Source: Eimeria praecox (taxonomy: Eukaryota). Taken from it: a DNA stretch of 64,000 bases. The notes under the pieces are model-generated. The model searched no databases. It was not told where the DNA came from and saw only the letters and a list, made by a program, of their open reading frames with translations. The stretch spans positions 4,836,001-4,900,000 of the forward strand of contig OY986948.1 of assembly GCA_963920595.1 (NCBI GenBank), given 5' to 3'. The position numbers and the translations under genes are program-made. Below are positions 27,987-47,700 of this stretch, piece by piece (position 1 is the stretch's first letter; each line of letters starts with the position of its first letter).

Positions 27987-30221
27987 TTCTCCCTCTGTCT
28001 CTGTGTCTGTTTTTCTATCGGTGTCTCTCTCCTGAGTGTTCTATGTGTCAGTTGGTGTGTGACGTGGATATCATTCCTTCTGTTTATTCTTCAACACAAT
28101 ATCAAATGTTGTTAATTCATGACTTGTTAATAATGCCTTACAGCCTTTGCCTACTCATGAGTATTAGATTTTATTCTGTTTCTTTGGGGCCTCATCATCA
28201 CTAGCTTTCTTCCCTCTATATCCTTGGGGAGCATGGTGCTGAGACGCTGCTGGCTGGTGTGGTGTTGCTTCCTTTGTCATAGTGTGTGTGCATTGTATGC
28301 GTTTATCTGTGTGTCTCCACATAATATATATCGGGGACTGTTTCCTTTCTGTTTATTTTTTGTTTTTGTAGAACACAGAAACAAAGTGGAAGAATTATGA
28401 ATTTAGATGCAAGCCAACATCTGTTTATCGCTCGCCTTGTTTCTTAGGCCCATATCATCACCGTCTCGACTGGCAAATGGTAAGACAAGCATCACCATCA
28501 CCACAGTATAAGGCTTTCAGATGAAGGAGAGGCAGATCTATTGTTGCTGTTGTTTACGACGGACCCCTGCTGCTGTTGTTTACGCTGCTGTTGCCATGGC
28601 GCATGCAGTAATGTGTTGAGTGTTTTATTGTTCTTCTCCTCAGCACCTCGCCGCCTTTGAAGATCCGCATACTGTTGGGACGAAACACAAGTGGTTTCCC
28701 CCCTTCCTAGCGGCGCTGCTGAAAGTAAGAAGCTCACCGTACCTTTTTGCTTGCTGTTGCTGCTGCAGCAGCAGCAGCAGCAAAAGCAGCACCAACAATA
28801 GCAGCGGCGGCGGCACCGACAGCACAGCAGCAGCTCTGCTGCGTGCTGCTGGGTTTTTGTAACAGTACATCAACTGACATGAATGCTGTTTATCCGTGTC
28901 GGGCGCATTTATTGCACGAAGCGTTGCTTCTAAGGAGGATCTGTTGATAACATGCCTGAGATGTATATACACTGTGTGCTGTCTGTGCTCAGAATAACTC
29001 GGCTGTCACTGGCCTACTTGAGCGGAATCCTTTTCATGGGGCGGAGCCACCGACGCACATTCGCGTGCTGAGAGCGGAGTACAGATTCGCTCCTCCCTCA
29101 GATGGTATATTTTCAAAGGGTGGGTATTGCCTTGATTGTAGTTGAACTGGGGTGGCCCTGCGGTGTCTCGTTGCTGCAGTACGTGCTGGATCTGTATTTC
29201 TTTGCGATCGCAGCTGCCAATATAAGCTTCAGGGTGCTGCAATATATGCTTGTGTTGAGCTTGTTGTGCTTGTATCTTGTATTCTTTTGTATTGCAACTC
29301 CCCGAGTATCTGTTGCTGCTTTGGTATGGGGAAATTGTTTAATTAGGGTTGCTCATGGTTTGGCTGCTACTGCTGGTTTCGCTGGATGTTGTGCCTGCTT
29401 ACACAGGCCCCTGGTGGGAGATAAGGAAGGGATCGACAGAAATGTTTGTAGAACCTGAAGAAGTGCCGGGGGCCCAGGAGCATCTGCAGCAGCTGCTGGC
29501 TGTCCGTGAGGAGCGCAGACGCGCTGCAGAAGCGAAGCAGAGGGCAGCAGAGGAGGCGAGGCTGAGGCGAGAGGAGGCGGAAGAGCTACACCGGCGGGTG
29601 GAGGCAGCTCGCCGAGCTGCGGAGGAGTTGAAGAGGGAGCAGGAGGCGAAGGAAGAGCAGGAGCGAGAGGCTGAGGCTCGGCGACAAGAAGAAGCAGCAG
29701 CACGCGAGAAGGCTGCAGAAGAAGAAAAGCAGAAAGCAAGAGAAAAAGCAGAGAAAGAAGCAGCAGAAGCAGCAAAGGAAGCTGCTCGAAAGGCGCAAGC
29801 AGAGGCACAGGCACAGGCAGAGGCGCAGGCCGCAGCAGAGCGAGAAGCCCTAGAAAGAAAGAAACAAGAGGCACTCGAAAAGAAAAAGGCAGCAGAGAAA
29901 GCCCGAAAGGAAGAAGAAGAGAGACAAAGACAGATAGCAGAGCAACAGAAGCGTGAGCAAGAAGAAGCAAAGGCGAAAGAGGCACAAAGACAGGAAGCAG
30001 CAAGGAGACAGCAAGAGGAACAAGAACGTCGTAAGGCTGAAGCCCAAAGACAAGCTCAACAGGCTGAAGAAGAGAAGAAAAAACAACAACAGCTGCAGCA
30101 GCTCCTCGTTACACTCACCAAACATGAACTAGGTGGTGTGCCCCTTAGAAACGCCATTCGACTCTCAAAGGCAGCCAACCGCCACAAGACAGCTACAGCT
30201 ACAGCAGCATCAACACAATAG
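22662..30221 (+). CDS. LMF1: Lipase maturation factor family ER membrane protein, 11 exons: 22662-23039, 23326-23385, 23999-24167, 25040-25810, 26116-26666, 27600-27668, 27811-27855, 28372-28479, 28644-28724, 28993-29104, 29407-30221
   Basis: Phase-consistent splicing gives LMF family motifs in order: [108 protein letters not shown]1 versus LMF2 is not resolved, and the 3' end could include a further intron. Confidence 0.9.
23522..23947. repeat. Intronic CAG-derived minisatellite with gcaggtgca and gcaacatca units
   Basis: Lies inside LMF intron 2, just after a TTTAGGG array. Confidence 0.8.
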
Positions 30222-30511
30222 CAGCTTTCTCTTGTGCTGCTGATAGCCCCATATATTAGTTTTATGTTCGCTACCCTGAATTGCTGCAGCAGCAAAATAG
30301 TAGACAATATACCAGTAACGAAAACAGCAGCAGAAACAGCAGCAAAGCACCAGAAGAGCAGCAGCAACACCAACTCAAAAGCAGCAGCACCAAAGGCAGG
30401 TGTTCTGAGAATGGCGAGAATGAGCGCCACACATAGGAGCGCTGAGGGGCTGTTCTGGCGCAGCGCAGGCGCCCTCGAAGGTGATATGGCTGGCAACGAG
30501 GATTCGGCCCA

Positions 30512-30552
<41 letters not shown>

Positions 30553-30788
30553 AATGGTATACAGTTGTGAGGAGCGAAGTGCGCTACAGCTGCGTCAGGT
30601 CATGAACTGCTAGAAGCCCTACGTCCCTATATATAGACAGAGGGGGGGCCTTCAAATGCATTTGAAAAATATTTAGTTTATTGTGTCTTTTTTTTATAAC
30701 GCTAACAGCGAAACAAAAGTTTTTATCGCCTATCCGCTTCATGTGTTGCCTGGATCGCAGCTCAGTCAATAAACAACATAGCCAACGT

Positions 30789-30819
<31 letters not shown>

Positions 30820-31143
30820 GACCTGATATATCTGAACCTGTAACGAGAGAAGAGCTTAATATGCCTCAGCACCAAAAACGCTAGGCATTCGCCAACACAG
30901 AAATGCGGAGACAGACGGAAACAGAGACAGAGAAAAAGACAGCGGCACAGTGCCTCAGCCCGCCCGGCAGGAGGCCTCTTGTACTGCTGCTGCTGCTGCT
31001 GCTGCTGATGGCGCGAGTTTTGCTGCAGTTAACGAATTCAAGCAGCGTCCTAGAAGCGCCCGAAGGCCTGTGTGGGGCTTTAGGCATTGGGGGCACAGTG
31101 CCCTAAGGTTCAAACGCTGTCAAGCAAAGCCCTACACCTTCAT

Positions 31144-38849
<7,706 letters not shown>

Positions 38850-41754
38850 CGGCGCATAGAGGCAAGTAGAAGCCTTAGGCGGAAAGGAGCAAAGTCCAGC
38901 GGCTCGTGTGAACTCCCAAAGGAATAATTCTCATGAAAACCGCCAATAAATAAATAAAAAGACAAATAACACAAATTCATACATAAAACAAACAATTTCC
39001 TTAGTCGATATATATCCAGCCAATTGGGGCTATACAACACATTTCGTGTTTGGGTCGGTGGGGTAGGCGATCTGTCGGCTGCCGCTGTCTGAAGCCCATA
39101 GATAATTATGCCCTCAAAGGCGGCTAAAGTTGCATGCAAAATGAAATACTTTATCTGTTTAAATCGAAATTACCGCAGCCGCCATGTATATATGTGCCCG
39201 GAAGTCTTTCGTGCTTGCTGCTGCCGAGCGCCCGTTTCAGCTTCCTTTAACGGGGGCCAGTGGTAAGGGTCTAAGGGCTGTGATCGAGGCTTCAGAGGTA
39301 TGTTAATGTACCCTGCGAATAATATGAACCAGGTTGTCTAGCGCTTACCTTTCTTGGCTGCAGGTGACCACAGTTTACGACAGAAGGTGAAGGGCTGAGT
39401 ACTACAGACAGTTGACTTCATCAAAGATAAACCGGACAGAGGCATTAATAATCCATTTTTTGTGTTGCTTGGAGATTATATGGTGCTTGCTGTTGCAGTA
39501 ATAATACTAATTTATTATTACTGTTATTATTTACAGGTCAGCCCTTAGGCGTCTGGGCGACGGCTCGCCTCGCGTACAGTACTTCATGAGCTGATACAGA
39601 TGCGCATCAGCATGCGCTCTGAGCTCAAAGACAGCCGCTGTGTTCGGTGTGAGTCGCTTTGATGGTAGCTACAGGCAACTGGCTGTATGCTGTCCCCATG
39701 GTGGCTACTACTACCTGCAGCTACAGATACCTGCAATGTGCCATATGTCCCTTGTGGTCGGTTGCTTCAATCGTATAGGCTTCGATATTTGCTTCAATAT
39801 GTAAAACCATGTAGCGAGCAGTGAGGCTTTGCCTAGCTGCAGTTGGCCACTGCTAGCCACAGCTAGCTGCAAAGTGTCCATGAAACGCCCAACGAACGCA
39901 CTTCAGACAGAGGGCGTGTGACCAACGCTCAGGGCAAACTGATATCTCGTAGATCAGTATAAACCCAAAGCCTCTTCGTTCAACGTTTTGTAAGACGTGG
40001 TTAGTTGCAGTAAGAGGCCCAAAGGTGTAGCTTAAGGTCTATTAAAAATGCTACACCACAGTGTTGCCAGCCTGATGCAGGGCAGAGTAACGAATCCCCT
40101 GCTCGCAATTGAGCCCAGTAAGGCCTGTCCACCGCGGCCTCTGCAGCAGCTAATGCCCTTTCCCTGCACCACTGTTTTTCTTTGAAAGGGCCGATCTATG
40201 CAAATAAAGCCCTCTGGATGGTGAAAGTGTTTCGTTAACGCTTTTCAGTGGCTTCGCCGTAGAATCCAACCCGCGCTGCATGCGCACAGAGATGAACAAA
40301 TGTACATGTAGGAATACAAAAATGCGAACGTGAAGAAATGCCCGCCTCTGCAGCAGTTGCGTGGGGCAGGAGCGGTAAGGTAAGAGGGACTATGAGCAAA
40401 TAGCAGCCACCTGGCAAGCTAGTTGAGTGTTGCCTAGCAGTAGTAAAGGCCTGCAACGCGAGGAGCCCAATCGTTTAAGACACTGAAAGAGAAATGAAAA
40501 TAGATGCATGCTCTAAGAGAGTTTTAAAGACAAGAAGAACTGGGGTCAACAGCTTTCGCCCGAGCCAGGGAGACGGCCGGGTGCTTGGGCCCCATTGGCT
40601 ATTGCAGGACACCGCACAGGATAAATAAACAGTCTCCTGGGGGCTTTTCTTGAGCTGGAATGTCTCGCAATGGCTTTAGTAAAGGAACCATTGTCTTTTG
40701 CTAGCATATTTCAATTGTTAAGATAGCCCATGGGCACCCACTGCCTTGAATTCCTGCGAGTGCCCGCTCGCCTGCGCACACCCGTCTCACCGGCTTTCTC
40801 GGGGACCTTCCGCCTTCCTTAAGGTATAAATTTTCCTTTCCTTGTTTGGGATTCTGATTACTCATTTGATTTCAGCAGAAGACTCCTGGATAGCGCCGGC
40901 ATGGAAGAGGCGAGCAGCACGGGGGCCCGGCACACCGCCGCCGCCTGAGGCGGGTTGTGTGTCTCGGAGAGTTTGCTAGCGAAGAGGCTCCTCCATGCGA
41001 GTCCGAAAGCATTTATTCGGTTTTATTCCTTTTATTTATTTGTTTTAAATTAATTCCTTTTGTTCGGGTTCCGCCTTGCAGGGCCCGCCCGACGGGGTGC
41101 CGCCCTGCGCTGCTTTGCTGCTCACGGCCCACCAGCCGACAGTGTGCAAAGTGTCGAGGGGCTCTGTTCCGTCTGTGTTGGTTGTCCTCTTGACCTGTGA
41201 CCCTGAAGCTTCTATTTTTGTTTGAACTTTCATTTGACTCCTGTGTCCCTGCCGGCGAGGCAACCACGTGCCTCGGCCCGGAGGTGACCCTCCCCTGTCG
41301 CAGCCCTGCTACATGCGTTGAACAGCATTTGGACGTCTTAGCTCAGATCACTGGACACTCCACCTTACCATATCCCGTCTCCAACTAGTATTCCGAGGGC
41401 AGACGACAGAGACCAAGCGCAAATACCTCTCCTGTGAGACAGCTCAACCCAACCCCCACCAGTCTTAAAGTGGCCCACACAATCGCCTTTGGCACACGAT
41501 ATCCGTAGGGCTTAAACTCTCTCTTCAACGATCATTCCACTTATTGTGAGGGCCCGACCTCCCTCTGCGATGTCATAGGGGTCAGGGCCCACGCTTGAGC
41601 GGCGGTTGCACGTATTGTCGTCTGTAAACAACGGGGAGACCTGGGTTTCGGTTATTGTCAGGGGCCTTGGCTACAGACTAAGCCACTTGAACTTACTTTA
41701 TCCTTCTCTGTGTATCTCTGGTACTTGTAGGGTTGGGTTCTCTCCTCCGATGCC

Positions 41755-44700
41755 ATGAGGCAGAGTCGCAGAGACCGGGCGGCTCTGTCACGGCGGCGTC
41801 GCTGCAGCAGCTCATCCCCCAGGCCATCCGCTCCCCCTAATTCCTGTCAAGGGGCCGCTGGAGACCTCTCTAGCAGCAACTCCAGTGATTTGGTGACTTG
41901 TGACAGCAGCGCGGCTAGCAATGGGGCTGCAGACCCCTCCTTACGCCGCCGGATTATTTCATTGCAGGAGGGTCCAAGCTGTGCACGTTGTAGCGACACA
42001 GAGGCTGACTCAAGGGTAGCCAATTTAGCCCTTGGGTCTTCTCATGTTTTTGATACTGCGTTTCTTCCTTCAGACACCCTGCCCTGCAGGCCTGCGGGGA
42101 CAGCGCTCGGGGCCGGCAGCAACCCGTCTCCGCATTCCCTTAAGATGTCGGGGAGGGGATGTCCGCGGGCTTTCACCCGTCCAGTGTCCTCTAGGCTCCC
42201 TTGGGGGCTTGTATGGCTTGTAGGGCTGTGGTTAGCCCTATGGGGCTCCAGAGGAGGCTTTGCATACGCGGCGGAGACTGCAGAAACTCCTTCGGCTGCC
42301 CCTGATTGTCCGCTCATGGACTCCAGCTGTCTCCTCAACTACACCGTCGCAGCCCCTGATTACTTCTATCGCAGGCGCCTGGAGGCCCCCGCCTTCCCAA
42401 TATCCATTCGGGCCCCCCCGGAGGGGCAGCCAGAGCATCCCCAGCAGCAGCAGCAGCAGCAGTCGGACGAGAAGCAGCAGCAGCATAACGCGCGGCAGCT
42501 GCAGCAGGGGGTGGGTTCGCTGGATGCAGCAGCCTCAAAATATCGACAGAAGGAGGCAGACACCGAAAATAAAGCTAAGGAGACGAAAATACTGAGTCAA
42601 TCGGAGGTGTTTGAGTTTGCGGTGCGGCGGCTCCAAGCCATCGGGGGACTCTTTGCACCGCAGCGTACTGGAGTTGGGAGCAACCATACGCCAACTGGAG
42701 GAGAAGGGAGTGGGGGGCGGCGGCGTTCTCAGCAGCCTCCTCCGCTATCTCTGGAGCTGGGGGACCCTTTGGATGGTGGAGGGCGCGGCTCACGGCCCCT
42801 GTTAGAAAGCAACGGGCTGATATGCGAAGATGACGAGCGCGTAGAGGACTTTGGGGTGAAGTGCCGGCTAATTGCTCGGTCTCTAGGGGGTCGACTGGGT
42901 TGCGAGAAGAGGCTGATAGACATATCCCCTGACGGTAGACTGCCTGCAAACATTCCAGCCTTCAGCCGCGTGGCCGATGCATGCCCTATGACATGTGGCC
43001 TTTGTGAAGAGTGCGCGCCTGGCTGCGCCCTCTGGTTCCTCGGCAACACTCTCTGCGACGAAGTCTGCAACAACGCCGCCTGCCAGTTTGATGGCGGAGA
43101 CTGCTGGAGTGCCGACTGCGTCGTTGGGCCCTGGGCGGAGTGGTCACCTTGCAGCGTCACGTGCGGGGGCCCCGGCACAGAGCGCAGGCGCAGAGAAATC
43201 AAAAGCAGGGCCAAACAAGGAGGGGCTCCCTGCCCCAAACTCGAGGTACACTTGTCTTCTCCGCTGACTCCTCTGTAGATGCACATGCCAGCATTGCCGG
43301 CCGGTAGATGCCTCGCCGTATACGACCTGTCTCCTTAACGCCTCCGCTGCATCGGAGCTTTAAGCAAAATATAACAGCTTAAGCCATATTAGCGAACATA
43401 TTCCCCACAGCCATGGAACCGATGCTCTCCACTGGCGACACCATAAGCCGGCTGGCTTATGGTGACAGGCGGCAGCACCCTTTGTTTACAAGGGCACAGC
43501 GGCAGGCCACTGCGTTCTCTCCTTCCTGAGGAGCAGCCACCAACCGCTGTATGGAGCCACTGTCCTTTGCACCCATGTTGCTGCCGCCGCATGCTCTGTG
43601 GGCAATAAAGTGCGAGCATTTGCCATACAGGCTTCGACTGCTGCTTCATGCAGGCCATGGTTGCATCAAGGCCTTTTGCTCATGTGCATAGAAAAGGGGT
43701 TGCCGCGAACGCTTGGCTTGGGTGTTGAGACGCCGAGCCGCCTAGCTGCACTTTGAGATTTGATGCAAGCAGAAGAGGAGGTGAACGAAGGTCTGCATGC
43801 AGCGGGGTGCAAGGAGGGGGTTTGGATATGTGTCTCGTGTCTGTACAGGAGACGCGTCAGGGCTGCAACGCGGAGGTGCCGTGCCCAAGCCACTGCCAGG
43901 TGGGCCCGTGGACAGAGTGGTCGGCCTGCTCCCAGCCTTGTGGGCCCGGTGTCAGCGTGAGGGAAAGGCCCGTGCTGAAGGAACCGGATGCGGAAGGCAA
44001 GCTGCTGCTGTTGCTGTTGCTGCTGCTGCTCCTCGCTTCGCTGTTGGCCTCCATTGGTGCAGCGTCGTATCTGGAACTGCTGTAACTCTGTCTCTTTGCT
44101 GCCTGAACATGTCTTTCTTAGGTATAGTCTCTGAGTAGTAGTTAACAAGTAAGGGACAAGCAATACGGCGTTGCTGAGGACGAGGCCTCCCACGCGGCGT
44201 AAGGGATTCCTGATCTGCGTCTCCTTCACTGTTGCGGTGTATGCACAGGTCAAGGGTGTCCGGACCTCCAGCAGGAGCGCCGCTGCTACATCACCTCTTG
44301 CGCTGCAGACTGCCGCGTGAGCGAGTGGACGGAGTGGTCTGCATGTGGAGCATCTTGCGGAGGGGGCCAGCAGACGCGCCAACGCAGTGTGTTGTCTCCC
44401 CCCATAGAAGACGGGGAGCTGTGCCCCGAGCTGCTGGAGACGAGGGAGTGCAATACCTTTTCTTGTGACGGTGGCTGCCACTTGGGCGATTGGGGCGAAT
44501 GGACAGAATGCAGCAAACCTTGTGAAGGAGGCACCAAGACCAGAACTCGGACAGTTCTCGCCCTCGAGCCCGACACGGACTGTCCCCCCAGTACACAAAC
44601 AGCTCCCTGCAATCTGCATGACTGTGGTGAGCAGCGCCAACCCCTACAGCTGGTCATCTTTGCCTCTCCTCTTGATCCTCTCCAGCACCCACTCGCTGCA

Positions 44701-47700
44701 CGGATCTTGTCGAGCACATAGCAGCTATACCGAGCCTTCATAGTCTCTTCTTTTCTCTTCTTATCAGTGGCAGTCTCCAGCTGCTACGGGCTAGTCCCCT
44801 TCTCACCGCTTATGGGAGGCTGTCTGCTACTGCCTTCCTTGCCGTCTTTCTATGCTCTGCTGCAACTTTGAGCCCTGTGGAGTTGTCCGCAAACATGTGT
44901 GACGGTTTTATGCGTTTTCCGGTCTGCAGCCATTGACTGCCGCGCATCTGAATGGAGCCACTGGACACCGTGCAACGTACCCTGCGGTGTGGGGACCCAG
45001 CGGAGGATGCGAGAAGTGCTGGAGGCCCCCAAGGGGGCTGGAGAGCCGTGCCCCCCCCTCGACCAGCTCCGACCTTGCGACCGCGGCCCTTGCAAGGTAG
45101 ACTGCCTCCTTAGCGAGTGGTCTGCGTGGGGCGAGTGCTCCCACCCGTGCGGCCTGGGCGAGCAACGCAGGACCCGCGAGGTCCTAGAGGAACCCACCGG
45201 GGAAGGAAGCCCTTGCGGAGCTTTGCAGGAGACTCGGCCCTGCGGCGGCCACTGCGCCCCCAAGTGTATCCTCAGCGACTGGACGGAGTGGGCGTCGTGC
45301 AACGCCCTGTGCCAGCAGGTAGGCGGAGATGCATGCAGCTCTAGCCTGCAGGCCAGCATGTGCATGCAATGGCTGGCTGTCTAACATCATTACGCAGTTC
45401 TAGCGCACCAATGCTGTCTGCCCTCTTTAGGTCTCTCATTGCACTGCAGCACGGGCCTCGAACTATACAGCCATACAGCCACCTTATTTAATTCCCCCGG
45501 ATGCAAGCTCAAACAACAGCTGCCGAGAGCATATCTTAAGAAAACACTGAGCCGCTCGAAACAGAAAAGAAAAAGCAGGAAGCTAACACGGCGCACTTGC
45601 AGGGGCTCTCCTGCTACACTGAAAGCAACACCAGGAAAAGACCGTAGTAGCCCTTCGGGGGCATGTCTCTGCTGCCTCGTTGCAGATTGGGACGACCAAC
45701 CCCACGACGACGCGGAGCCGCGTGGTGCTGCTGGAGGCCCCGGACTGCCCGAACCCTGCGAGCCTGTCGGAGTCCGCGCTTTGTTCCTCTCTGGGCTTTC
45801 GTTGTGATGTGGACTGTCAGATGGGGCCTTGGTCTCAGTGGTCTAGCTGCAGCAAGCCTTGCGGGGGCGGCAGCCGTCGGCGCACCCGAGAGATAACGCG
45901 AGTGCCCCAGGGAAACGGGAAGGCTTGCGGAGATCTGGTTGAAGAAGCACCCTGTGCTACGACACCCTGTGAGGCCATGGTAGGACAGGCAGTGCCAGAC
46001 TGTGTCTGGGGGGAGTGGTCTGAGTACGGACCTTGCGATGCCACCTGTGGGGCTGGCCGCCGACGGTCGACCCGCGTAGTCCTCGCCTTTCCTACAGACG
46101 CCAGTGGTAGAGTCCTGCAGCACATGTGCCCCGAATCCGAACGCTTTGAAGCGTGTCAAGGACCTCCATGCCGTGAGCTTAGTTACAGAGGACTATAAAA
46201 ACGAGCGCAACCATGATTAAGCAGCTGCCTTATTAATGAAAGTTTCCCGGTAGCCTGGTTCTAAAACCCTAAACGCTGAAGCACGGAGCTTTAGCTTAGC
46301 CAGTTGTTAAACTCTCACTGCCTATTGCTGCCGATGTTCAAAGTACGGCTTTGCCTCATCTGCCTGTCTCTGCCTCGTGCCCCTTCAGCTGTGGATTGCC
46401 AAGTGACTGCTTGGGGGGCCTGGAGCAGCTGCACCGCCACCTGTGGGGGCGGCCAGCAGCAGCGGCAGAGGTCAGTGGTGAGGCAGCCTGCCAACGGTGG
46501 CCGCCAGTGCCCCGTGCTCAATGAGACCCAAGAGTGCGGATCGTATCCGTGCCGTAAGCAGCGTATCCCTTTGGTCTCTCCAGATAGTTTTTTGCCGCAA
46601 TCACAGGAAGCACAGCCATCAAGCAGCAGTAGTAGCAGCAGGAAGACATGCATCAGAGAGAAAGGGTCTGTAGAATTCAGCCTGGGGAGTCCCCTGGTTG
46701 TGCGGTGCAGCGACGGATTGCGAGATGTCCCCTTGGAGCGAATGGTCTACGTGCTCCGCCGTCTGTGGGGAAGGTCAAACGTTTCGGTCCAGGCGTATAA
46801 TCTCTGCCGCCTCCGTAGACCCTCCAGGACTGGCCTGCGGCGCCACGCGAGAAGAAGCAGCCTGCTTTTCCCCTGCGGGCCCCTGCCCCTCGGACTGCAC
46901 GCTGGGGGAATGGAGCGAATGGAGTGACTGCTCTGCTCTCTGTGGAGGCGGCACTCGGCAGAGGTTTAGAAGTGTAGAGGCTTTCGAGGTGGGAGGAGGC
47001 AGACCGTGCACAGGCAGCAAAGAAGATGCAGAGGTTTGCAACCTGCAACCCTGCGAACCCTCCTGCCCTGTCAGTGAATGGACAGAATGGACTGAATGCT
47101 CTTCACCCTGCCTCCCTCCGGACGGCAGCGAGACAACACGGCGCCGCTACAGAGAGATCTTGAAGGAGCCGCCTCCCCATGCTAGGGATATCTGCCCGCC
47201 TGTAGAAGAAGTCCAAAGAGGCTGCAACTCTGACATTCCCTGTCCTGTAGACTGTGCGTATACCCCGTGGACGAGCTGGGGAGAGTGCGAGGGAGAGTGC
47301 GACGTGGGCCAGCAACGGAGAACCCGTCGCATCCTCTCGGAAGCGAAGTTCGGGGGAGAACCGTGCGCAGAGACAGAACAGACAGCCGACTGCTCCTTAG
47401 AGATAGCGTGTATCAGAGACTGCCTTCTCAGTAACTGGTCAGAATGGGGTCCTTGCAGCGCCACCTGTGGAGGCGGCTACAGGCAGAGACACAGAGAGGT
47501 ACGGAGAGGCTGACCGCGGGAGCAACTCCGCCACTGGCTTATCTGGCAATGAGGGGGCGCTGGGAGCACAAAATCAAAGAAAAGCCGCCGCTGTAGCGTA
47601 ATTATCCGCGGTGAAGCCGTTAATGTGTGCATCTGTTGTGCGCCATGCATAGGAAGACGCGTTTTGACTTGACACCCGCTCTGTGACTCTGTTTCTCGCG

